DNA of 64,000 nucleotides from an uncultured delta proteobacterium (GTDB lineage Bacteria; Myxococcota; UBA727; VGSZ01): NCBI GenBank assembly GCA_963775425.1, contig CAVZJB010000008.1, positions 32,001 to 96,000 of the forward strand, read 5' to 3'. Shown piece by piece: positions 55,903 to 64,000 of this stretch (position 1 is its first letter; each line of letters starts with the position of its first letter). The notes under the pieces were generated by a model. It saw only the letters and a program-made list of their open reading frames with translations, ran no database searches and was not told where the DNA came from. The position numbers and the translations under genes were made by a program.

Positions 55903-56592
55903 ATGAAGATCATCATGACGACGACCGCGGTGTTGGCGTTTGCCTTCGCGGCTCATGCGCAGGACGAGTCGAAGACGCCTGCGGAGCCAAGCACCATGGA
56001 GCCGAGCGAACAAGCAAAGCCCGGCGCGACGAAGGAGATGCAACAGCCGGAGCACAAGGCAGAGCAGAAGACCGAGATGAAGGTCGACAAGTTGACGGGG
56101 GCCGGCACCAGCGAGATGGGCTGGCCGGCGAGCATCCATGTGTTGACCCTCGAGCCGGGCAAGTCCGTGCAGGAGACGGCGTCGCTCGCGCAGGGCCAGC
56201 GCATCGCCACCCTCGCGCTGCCGGGCAACTGCCTCGGCAAGAACAGCGAGAGCTTCCGCGCGAACCACGTGCTCTACGGCTTCGTGCAGCCGGCCAACAC
56301 CGACGTCACCATCACCGTGACGCCCAAGGAGGCCAAGGAGCCGCTGAGCGTGTACGCGTACACGCTGCCGACGTCGCAGTTCGACCTGCCGAGCGAGGCG
56401 AGCGCCGTCAGCGGCAAGTGCAAGACGTCGATCGCCGCCAAGACCTCAATGGGGCGCACCATGGAGGGCAAGGAGCGCAGCGTGCGCTTCGACGGCAAGT
56501 CGGAGCCGCACAACGTCATCATCGGCGTGTCGTCGGCGGACGCCACGAACGTCGGTGACTTCATCATCCAGGTGAAGTCCAAGAAGGAGTGA
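55903..56592 (+). CDS. Secreted hypothetical protein
   Basis: GGAGG RBS, signal peptide ending AHA-Q, Cys pair, beta-sandwich-like C-terminus. Confidence 0.75.
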   Translation: MKIIMTTTAVLAFAFAAHAQDESKTPAEPSTMEPSEQAKPGATKEMQQPEHKAEQKTEMKVDKLTGAGTSEMGWPASIHVLTLEPGKSVQETASLAQGQRIATLALPGNCLGKNSESFRANHVLYGFVQPANTDVTITVTPKEAKEPLSVYAYTLPTSQFDLPSEASAVSGKCKTSIAAKTSMGRTMEGKERSVRFDGKSEPHNVIIGVSSADATNVGDFIIQVKSKKE

Positions 56593-56608
56593 ACGCGCGT
56601 CGTTCGCA

Positions 56609-56639
56609 CCGGCACCCCGCGCTCGCGGCGGGGTGCCGG
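56609..56639. terminator. 12-bp hairpin between convergent genes
   Basis: CCGGCACCCCGC / GCGGGGTGCCGG. Confidence 0.6.
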
Positions 56640-56652
56640 CGGGCCAGCAAGG

Positions 56653-58113
56653 TCACAGCTTGATGCAGATGGACTTGGGCTCCGCGTAGAAGTCGAAGCT
56701 GGCGCGCCCTCCCTCGCGGCCGACGCCGGAGAGCTTCATGCCCCCGAAGGGCACGCGCAGGTCGCGCACGTACCAGGAGTTGACCCACACGAGCCCCGCT
56801 TCGACGGCGCGCGCCACCCGATGCGCGCGCGACAGGTTGGTGGTCCAGACCGCGGCGCACAGGCCGTAGTCGGTGGCGTTGGCGCGGGCGACGGCCTCCT
56901 CCTCGGCGTCGAACGGCGAGATGACCGCGCAGGGCCCGAAGATCTCCTCGCGGCAGATGCGCGCGTCGTCGGGGACGTCGGTCCACAGCGTGGGCTCGAC
57001 GAAGAAGCCGTTGGAAAACGGCGCGTCGAGCTTGGGCGTCCCTCCGCCGAGCACGAAGCGCGCGCCCTCCGCCGCCGCCAGCATGTAGTAGTTGAGCACC
57101 TTCTCGCGGTGCTCCGCGGAGATGAGGGGACCGAGCGTGGTGGTCCGCGACAGCGGGTCGCCCGGGCGGAACGCGTCGGCGCCCTGGCGCATGCGCTCGA
57201 CGAAGCGGTCGAAGATGGGGCGCTCGACGAGGATGCGCTCGCTGCACAGACACACCTGGCCGGTGTTCAGGAAGGTCGAGCGCAGCGTGCCCTGCACGGT
57301 CTTGTCGAGGTCACAGTCGGCGAACACCAGCGAGGCGTTCTTGCCGCCGAGCTCGAAGGAGACGCGCTTGGTGCGCGGCGCCGCCGCGGCCATGATGGCT
57401 GCGCCGGTGCGTGTCTCGCCCGTGAAGGTGACGGCGGCGACGTCCGGGTGCGACACGAGGAACGCGCCCGCGCTCTCCGGGCCGAAGCCGTTGACGACGT
57501 TGTAGACGCCGGCCGGCACGCCGACCTCGTTCATGACCTCGCCGAGGAGCGCCGCCGTCTGCGGCGTCTCCTCGCTGGGCTTGACGACGACGGTGTTCCC
57601 CGCCGCCAGCGCCGGCGCCACCTTCCACGTCATCAAGAGGAACGGCAGGTTCCACGGGCACACCACCGCCACGACGCCGAGCCGCTCGCGCGTCACGAGG
57701 TGAAGCGCGGTGGAGCCGTCGTCGAGCGTCTGCTCGTAGCTCTCGTTGCCCATGGCGCGCAGCATGGTGGCGAAGATGCGGAAGTTGGCCGCCCCGCGGG
57801 GGATGTCCAACGCCGACGCCAGCGAGATGGGCTTGCCCGTGTCCTCGATCTCCGCCTTGACGAAGGCGTCCCGGCGGCGGTCGATGGCGTCGGCGATCTT
57901 GTCGAGGAGCGCCGCTCGCCCCTCGGCGCTGGTCTTGCCCCAGGGCCCGCGCAGGGCGGCCTTGGCAGCCCGCACGGCGCGATCGACGTCGTCGGCGGAG
58001 GCCTCGTCCACCTCGCAGACGGTGTCGCCCGTGGCGGGGTTGACGTCGGCGAACCGCCGGCCGGACGTGCCTTCGACGGACGCGCCGTCGACGAACAGGG
58101 GGAGGCGCCGCAT
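56653..58113 (-). CDS. 2-hydroxy/2-aminomuconic semialdehyde dehydrogenase
   Basis: DIPRGAANF, PWNLP, KPSEETP, FTGET.TG, FELGGKN, GQVCLC, EEIFGP and RDLRVPFGG; ATG 58113. Confidence 0.9.
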   Translation of the reverse strand: MRRLPLFVDGASVEGTSGRRFADVNPATGDTVCEVDEASADDVDRAVRAAKAALRGPWGKTSAEGRAALLDKIADAIDRRRDAFVKAEIEDTGKPISLASALDIPRGAANFRIFATMLRAMGNESYEQTLDDGSTALHLVTRERLGVVAVVCPWNLPFLLMTWKVAPALAAGNTVVVKPSEETPQTAALLGEVMNEVGVPAGVYNVVNGFGPESAGAFLVSHPDVAAVTFTGETRTGAAIMAAAAPRTKRVSFELGGKNASLVFADCDLDKTVQGTLRSTFLNTGQVCLCSERILVERPIFDRFVERMRQGADAFRPGDPLSRTTTLGPLISAEHREKVLNYYMLAAAEGARFVLGGGTPKLDAPFSNGFFVEPTLWTDVPDDARICREEIFGPCAVISPFDAEEEAVARANATDYGLCAAVWTTNLSRAHRVARAVEAGLVWVNSWYVRDLRVPFGGMKLSGVGREGGRASFDFYAEPKSICIKL

Positions 58114-58212
58114 GGCTCCGCTGTACACCCGCCGGCCCCTGCCGTCACCGGGCGTCGACGACGGCGCGGCCAGTCTTTCGGTGATCGCGGCGAAATCGAG
58201 GTATAGGGGGCT

Positions 58213-59461
58213 ATGCGCAAGAGCCTGGCGCTCGTCCTCGCCGGAGGAGAAGGGAAACGGCTGTCTCCCCTGACCAAGGAGCGCAGCAAGCCCGCCGTCT
58301 ACTTCGGCGGCCGCTACCGCCTCATCGACTTCGCGCTGTCGAACCTGGTGAACTCCGGGTTTCACCAGATCAAGGTCATCACCCAGTACCGGGCCACGTC
58401 GCTGGTGCGCCACCTCACCCGCGCCTGGCCGCTCGCGTCCGCCGTGCTCGACCAGTACATCGAGTGCGCGCCGGCGGCCATGAACCGCGGTCCCACGTGG
58501 TTCCGCGGCACCGCCGACGCCATCTACCAGAACCTCGATCTGCTGCGCGAGGTGCGGCCGGAGCACGTCATCATCTTCGGCGCCGATCACGTCTACAAGA
58601 TGGACGTGAGCCAGATGATGCAGTTCCACCTCGAGATGGACGCCGACGTCACCCTCGCCACGCTCCCCGTGCCCAAGAAGGACGCCGTGGGCTTCGGCGT
58701 CGTCGGCGTCGACGAGGCGAGCAAGGTCACCGGCTTCATCGAGAAGTCGCGCGAGCCGCCCACCATCCCCGGCCGCGACGACGAGTGCCTCGCGTCCATG
58801 GGCAACTACATCTTCAAGACCAAGGTGCTCGTCGAGGAGCTCACGCGAGACGCCCACGCCGAGACCAGCCACGACTTCGGCCGCGACATCCTGTCGACGG
58901 CGCACGAGCGCATGAAGGTCTACGCCTACGACTTCGCCAGCCACCTGTGCAAAGGCGAAAACGAGTCCTCGCGCGGCTACTGGCGCGACGTCGGGACGCT
59001 CGACTCCTACTTCGAAGCGTCCATGGACCTCGTCAGCGTCTCGCCCAAGCTGAACCTCTACAACGACGATTGGCCCATTCGCTCCACGCCGCCGCCCACG
59101 GGCCCGGCCAAGTTCGTCTTCTCCGACTTCCAGGGCGGTCGCGTCGGCACCGCGCTCGACTCCATCATCGGCGGCGGCGTCATCGTCTCCGGCGGCCGGG
59201 TGGAGCGCTCCATCCTCTTCCCGCAGGTGCGCATCAACTCGTACTCGGTGGTCACCGAGTCCGTCCTGTTCCCCGACGTCGACGTCGGCCGCGGCGCGCA
59301 CCTGCATCGCTGCATCGTCGACAAGGGCGTGAAGATCCCCTCCCGGCGAGCACATCGGCGAGGACCTCGAGCGAGATCGCCAGCGCTTCAACGTGAGCGA
59401 CAGCGGCATCGTCGTCGTCTCGCGCGACGCCTTCGGCCAGGTCGACGAGTTCGACGTGTGA
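58213..59461 (+). CDS. glgC: Glucose-1-phosphate adenylyltransferase with a +1 frameshift near 59341
   Basis: LAGGEGKRL.PLT, KPAV.FGG.YR, GTADA, DHVYKMD, ASMGNYIF, DFG and YWRDVGT. Removing one base restores IPPGEHIGED...VSDSGIVVV. Confidence 0.93.
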
Positions 59462-59525
59462 GGCACCACCGGCGGCGCTCGAGGGTGAATGCGGCGGGCG
59501 TGCGCTCGCGCGGTGCGCCGATCGC

Positions 59526-61013
59526 ATGCACCTGATGTTCGTCGCCTCCGAGTGCGCTCCGCTCTGCCAGTCCGGCGGGCTCGGCGACGCCGTCAGCGGG
59601 CTCGCGCGTGCGCTCGGCTCCATGGGGCACGAGGTCACCGTGGTGATCCCCGCGTACCGCGCCGCGCTGCAGTCGCAGTCCTGCCCGCGCCTCGTCGAGG
59701 GCGGCTCCATGAAGCTCGCCTTCCCGGGCTTCGCGCTCGACGGGCGCTTCCTGTGCGGCACGCTGTTCCCCGGCGTGGAGGTGGCGCTGCTCGACGTGCC
59801 CGCGCTCTACGACCGCGCCGGGCTCTACGGCGAAGGCGGCTGGGACTACGGCGACAACGCCCTGCGCTTCATCGCGCTCTGCCGCGCCGCCGCCTATCGC
59901 GCGGAGGCGGAGAAGCCCGACGTCCTCGTCGCGCACGACTGGCACGCGGCGCTGTCGCTGGCGATGCTGCGCACCTCCCTCGACCGCGGCCACAACCGGG
60001 TGATCGGCACCGTGCAGGTCGTGCACAACAACGCGCACCAGGGCCGCGTGCCCGCCGACGCCATGGCGCTCACTGGCCTGGCGCACGACCTCTTTCACGT
60101 CGACGGCGTGGAGGCGTGGGGTTCGTTGTGCCTGCTCAAGGGCGGCGTGATGTGGGCGGATCGCGTGGTGGCGGTGTCGCCCACGTACGCCCGCGAGATC
60201 CAGACCCACGACTTCGGTGAGGGCCTCGAGGGCGCGTACCGCGCGCGCGCGCACCGGCTCACCGGCATCGTCAACGGCATCGACGACGTGCGCTTCGATC
60301 CCGCGAGCGACGCCGCGCTGCCCGCGCAGTTCACCGCCGACGACCTCGAGGGCAAGTCCGTGTGCCGCGCGCGTTTGCTCGAGCGCTGCGGCCTCGAGCC
60401 CACGCCGCCGGGGCTCTTGTGCGCCGCCATCGGCCGGCTCGCGGCGCAGAAGGGCTGGGACGTCATCGTGCGCGCGCTCGACGCGCTCATCGACAAAGGC
60501 GCGTCGTTCGTGGCGCTCGGCGACGGCTCGCCGTGGATCGCGGACGCGCTCGCCGAGAAGGCGCGCACGCACCCGCGGCGCGTGTTCTTCATGTCCGCGT
60601 ACGACGACGCCTTCGCCCGGCAGATCTACGCCGGCGCCGACGTCATGTTGGTGCCGTCGCGCTTCGAGCCCTGCGGCCTCGTGCAGCTCATCGCGCAGCG
60701 CTACGGCGCCGTCCCCGTCGCCCACGCCACCGGCGGCCTCGTCGACACCATCCAGGATCCGTGGCTGTCGCCCGTGCGCGCCGGCACCGACGCCTTCGAC
60801 CCGTGGCGGCGCGCCACCGGCGTGCTGTTCTCGCCGCTCACGCCCGAGAACCTGGTGCAGGGCGTCGACCGCGTCGCCAAGCTCGCGCAGCACGGCCGGC
60901 TCCCCGAGGTGCAAAAGCGCCTGCTCGCCCTCGACGTGAGCTGGGACGGCCCCGCGCAGTCGTGGCTGTCCGTGCTCACCGAGGTGATCGCCGAGGCCAA
61001 GCGCCGCCTGTGA
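59526..61013 (+). CDS. glgA: Glycogen synthase
   Basis: SECAP..xSGGLGD, HDWH, VHN.AHQG, VSPTYAREI, GIVNGID, PSRFEPCGL and TGGLVDT. Confidence 0.9.
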   Translation: MHLMFVASECAPLCQSGGLGDAVSGLARALGSMGHEVTVVIPAYRAALQSQSCPRLVEGGSMKLAFPGFALDGRFLCGTLFPGVEVALLDVPALYDRAGLYGEGGWDYGDNALRFIALCRAAAYRAEAEKPDVLVAHDWHAALSLAMLRTSLDRGHNRVIGTVQVVHNNAHQGRVPADAMALTGLAHDLFHVDGVEAWGSLCLLKGGVMWADRVVAVSPTYAREIQTHDFGEGLEGAYRARAHRLTGIVNGIDDVRFDPASDAALPAQFTADDLEGKSVCRARLLERCGLEPTPPGLLCAAIGRLAAQKGWDVIVRALDALIDKGASFVALGDGSPWIADALAEKARTHPRRVFFMSAYDDAFARQIYAGADVMLVPSRFEPCGLVQLIAQRYGAVPVAHATGGLVDTIQDPWLSPVRAGTDAFDPWRRATGVLFSPLTPENLVQGVDRVAKLAQHGRLPEVQKRLLALDVSWDGPAQSWLSVLTEVIAEAKRRL

Positions 61014-61020
61014 CGCGCAT

Positions 61021-61383
61021 TCAGCGGGAGCGACCCTTCAAGACCTCGTCGAGGAGGCCGAGGAGCTGGTCCAGGCTGAAGGGCTTCTTGAGGAACACCA
61101 CGTCCTCGACGGCGGCGTGGTTGGGCTTGGGCGCGGCGCTCGTCAGGATCACGGGGATGCTCGCCCTGGCGGGGTCCGACCGCATGGCGGCGATCATCTC
61201 GGGGCCGGTCATCACCGGCATCATCGCGTCGACCAACACGAGGTCCGGCCGCTCTTCGGCGATGCGCTCGAGGCCCTCGCGCCCGTTGGAAGCCGAGAGA
61301 ACACGGTAGCCCTCCTCCTCGAGCAAGTCGCGGAGCGCGTCGACGATTCCGAATTCGTCATCGACGATGAGGACGGTGATCAT
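61021..61383 (-). CDS. Single-domain response regulator
   Basis: IVDDE, PDLVLVDAMMP, LTSA and KKPF. Confidence 0.9.
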   Translation of the reverse strand: MITVLIVDDEFGIVDALRDLLEEEGYRVLSASNGREGLERIAEERPDLVLVDAMMPVMTGPEMIAAMRSDPARASIPVILTSAAPKPNHAAVEDVVFLKKPFSLDQLLGLLDEVLKGRSR

Positions 61384-62861
61384 CGAGACCTGCGTCCGCT
61401 CGCCGCCTTCTTGCGGCGGCGGCCGTTCGGCGCGGCCTTGGCCAGCGTCGTCGACGAGGACACGACCGGCCCATGCTCGCCGATGGTGAGCTCGCGCACC
61501 TGCGGATCGGCGCGCGCGGCGCGCATCTTGGGCACCGAGACGAGCCGGTGCAGCCGGGCGTCCATCTCCACGTTGCGCAGCACGACGATGTTGTCGACGA
61601 CCGCCGAGATCCCCGGATCCACGGTGACGCCGGGGCCCAACAGCTCCGGCGTGTTCCGCGACAGCAGGGTGGTGACGCCGTGGCTCGACAGCTCGCTCAA
61701 CACGGCCGTGACGAAGCCTTCGAGCCGCGTCTTGTCGACGAGGGTCGCCTCGAAGCCTACGACCCCGTCGATGAACAGACGCCGGACCCCGTCGCGCCGG
61801 ACGGCGTCGATCACCGCCCCGGCGAGGGCGTCGGCGCACTCGTCGAGCGGCGAGTGCCACATGAAGCCGATGCCCCCGTCGTCGAGGTGGCGCGCCAGCG
61901 GGATGGCGGCGGCGTCGGCGGTGGCGACGAGGGCATCGCGCGACTCGAAGAAGCCGAAGTGCAGGCCGCGCTCGCCGTGCGCCGCGCCCGCGCACAGGAA
62001 GCTCGCGCCGATGACGGTCTTCCCCGTGCCCGTGGCGCCGAGGATCAACGTCGACGACGTCGGCGACACGCCTCCGGCCAACATCTGGTCGAGGCCGGCG
62101 ACGCCGGTTTGCAGGCGCGGGCCCGTGGGGGCCGCCGGCATCGAGCGCCCGAACACGGCCTCGGCGCGCGGGAACACCGAGACGCCGCGGTCGTCGATCG
62201 AGAACCGATGGTGGCCGAGCAGCGCGGCGCTCCCGCGGTGCTTGAGGACCTCCAGTTGCCGCACCGCGCGCATGCCGCTGGCGTGCGTGATGGACAGCTC
62301 GATGAGCCCGTCGACCATGGTGCGCTCGGCGTAGTTGGAGCGCCCGTCGCGCGCGCCCGTGAGCAACAAAGTGGTGCAGCCGACGAGCTCGATGATCACC
62401 TGCAGCTCGTGGATGAACTTGCGGAGGGGCATGTCGCCGGCGACGGCGTCCCCGGCGAGGCCGTCGATGATCAACAAGTCGGCGCGGTGCTCGCGGACGG
62501 TGTTGCTGAGGAGCTTGAGGAGCCCGGGCAGCTTGCCGTCCTCGTACGCCTGAAAGCCGCTGACGTAGGTGATCTCGTTGGCGAGCACCGCGGGGTCGAA
62601 GAACGCCAGCGACTCGAGCGCCGACAGCAGCCGCGCGTGGGACTCCGTCAGGAGCGTGACGTACACGACCCTGCCGCCCGTGTGCCGCGCGTGGTTGAAG
62701 GCGAATTGGTTCCCGAGGATGGTCTTGCCGGCGCCGGGGCGGCCCATGAGCATCATGACGCCGCCGCGGAAGAGCCCTCCGCGCAGGATGACGTCGAGGC
62801 CCGGGATGTGACTGCGCACGCGGCGCGAGTCGCTCGAGTCGTTTCCCTGAGGCGTCTTCAT
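61380..62861 (-). CDS. KaiC-like double-domain ATPase (RAD55 family)
   Basis: Two RecA-like domains with GRPGAGKT and GATGTGKT; KHRGS and KMR motifs. Confidence 0.9.
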   Translation of the reverse strand: MKTPQGNDSSDSRRVRSHIPGLDVILRGGLFRGGVMMLMGRPGAGKTILGNQFAFNHARHTGGRVVYVTLLTESHARLLSALESLAFFDPAVLANEITYVSGFQAYEDGKLPGLLKLLSNTVREHRADLLIIDGLAGDAVAGDMPLRKFIHELQVIIELVGCTTLLLTGARDGRSNYAERTMVDGLIELSITHASGMRAVRQLEVLKHRGSAALLGHHRFSIDDRGVSVFPRAEAVFGRSMPAAPTGPRLQTGVAGLDQMLAGGVSPTSSTLILGATGTGKTVIGASFLCAGAAHGERGLHFGFFESRDALVATADAAAIPLARHLDDGGIGFMWHSPLDECADALAGAVIDAVRRDGVRRLFIDGVVGFEATLVDKTRLEGFVTAVLSELSSHGVTTLLSRNTPELLGPGVTVDPGISAVVDNIVVLRNVEMDARLHRLVSVPKMRAARADPQVRELTIGEHGPVVSSSTTLAKAAPNGRRRKKAASGRRSR

Positions 62862-62870
62862 GCCGGGACC

Positions 62871-63419
62871 CTACCGACGGTGTCGCGGGAGGTCGATGAC
62901 GATGGCCGCGCCGGCGTCGCGGTACAGGTCGAAGCCCCAGCCGGTGATGCGCTGCGGCGCGGAGCCTCGCTCGAAGCGGCGAAAAATCCGGTCATGGTCC
63001 TCCACGGGGATGCCGCGCCCTTCGTCGCGGACGATGAGCGTCACGCTCTCTGCGGCGGCGCACGACGGCCGCGCGCGTCTCGAACAGATCGATGGCGCCG
63101 GCGGCCACGTCCGCCACCGAAGGCAAGAGCGCCGCCGCCTCCCGGTTGTTGTCCCGGTGCGTGACGGCGAGTGTTCCGTGCTCGACTCGCGCAGGGTGTC
63201 TTCGAGCCGCGCGTCGACCGGCGCCTCGACGCGGCGGGCGCGCTCCTGGTGGAGACCGACGGAGTCGACGATGGTCGCGGACGCCGCGGTGCGGGCGAAC
63301 AGGCACGCGTCCGCGCCGTCAGCCGCGCGGTGCGCTCGACGAGGAGACCGACGCCGTCGTCGCGCGTCGGCGAGCGCGATGTGCAAGGACACGAGATCGT
63401 GAACGAGCGCTTGTTGCAT
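62871..63419 (-). pseudogene. Degenerate sensor histidine kinase remnant
   Basis: HATPase fragment VRDEGRGIPVEDHDRIFRRFER...GWGFDLY; no H-box or N-box; helix after G2 deleted. Confidence 0.6.
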
Positions 63420-63553
63420 CGAGGCCCCGTCGCCGCCGCACGGACCGTGCGGATGCTCGCTTCGGGTACTCCTCGTCGACCGCTCGATCAACGATCGATC
63501 GCCGCGCGCGTGCCACGACGAGCCGGACGTTCGGGCAGGACCAACGCGCCCCG

Positions 63554-63973
63554 TCAATCGTCGTCGACGCGCCCGCGCGCGCGCTTGGTGCCGGCGCGCG
63601 CTCGTTTGGCATGCAACCGCCGCTCCTTCGAGCCCCGCGTGGGCCTGGTGGGCCGGCGCTTCTTGGGCGGCACCAGCGACGCGCGCACCAGCGCGCACAA
63701 GCGCTCCTCGGCGATGGAGAGGTTTTGATGCTGGTCACGCGTCTCGTCGCACGCGATCACGATCTCCCCGCTCTGCGTGAGCCGGCTCCGCGCGGCCTCG
63801 AGCAGGCGGCGCTTCGCGTCCGGTGGCAGCGCCGTCGACGCCTCCGCCCGCCAGCGCAGCACCGCCTTGGACGACACCTTGTTCACGTTCTGACCGCCCG
63901 GCCCGCCGCTGCGCGCGAAGCTGACCTCGAGCTCGGCGTCCGGGATGGCGATGCGCTCGGTGACCTGAATCAT
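63554..63973 (-). CDS. arfB: Alternative ribosome rescue peptidyl-tRNA hydrolase ArfB
   Basis: SGGPGGQNVNK, RDQHQN and basic tail PKKRRPTRPTRGSKERRL. Confidence 0.93.
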   Translation of the reverse strand: MIQVTERIAIPDAELEVSFARSGGPGGQNVNKVSSKAVLRWRAEASTALPPDAKRRLLEAARSRLTQSGEIVIACDETRDQHQNLSIAEERLCALVRASLVPPKKRRPTRPTRGSKERRLHAKRARAGTKRARGRVDDD

Positions 63974-64000
63974 CGCCGGCAAGCATAGCCGCCCTCCGGG

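Noticed and set aside
59330-59350. Programmed frameshift in glgC
   Set aside because: No slippery heptamer or stimulatory structure; a single-base consensus error is simpler.

Overview
High-GC bacterial chromosomal DNA. Gene content points to Myxococcota or a related deltaproteobacterium: DUF1587-type lipoprotein, Cys-rich DUF4215-type repeats, PilZ, a GldAFG-like ABC operon, three parvulins in tandem, and a KaiC-like/receiver pair. About 60 genes are supported. Housekeeping and envelope genes include mtnA, epmA, ftsB, phoH, rsmB-like, surA, tpm, glgC, glgA and arfB. Also present are tRNA-Ile(GAT) and aminomuconate/hydroxymuconate catabolic genes. The most unusual items are: (1) an orphan type-III-secretion-like mini-cluster (TPR protein, protein with an SctF-needle-like C-terminus, SycD/LcrH-like chaperone) at 17.2-21.2 kb; (2) a 422-aa ChaC-domain protein with the YLSL motif of the Ralstonia T3SS effector RipAY at 51.1-52.4 kb; (3) a non-canonical tRNA-Asp-like gene heading a slipin (band-7) gene with no rtcB in the window; (4) a decaying [NiFe]-hydrogenase maturation remnant with a hidden, internally deleted hypA; (5) a RegB-like kinase paired with an AAA+ regulator that lacks GAFTGA and has a RegA-like HTH. 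Single-base frameshifts in glgC and one PPIase, and several at 14.7-15.4 kb, suggest assembly indel errors or decay. No CRISPR array, integrase or transposase was seen. All family calls come from motif recognition by eye, not from database searches.
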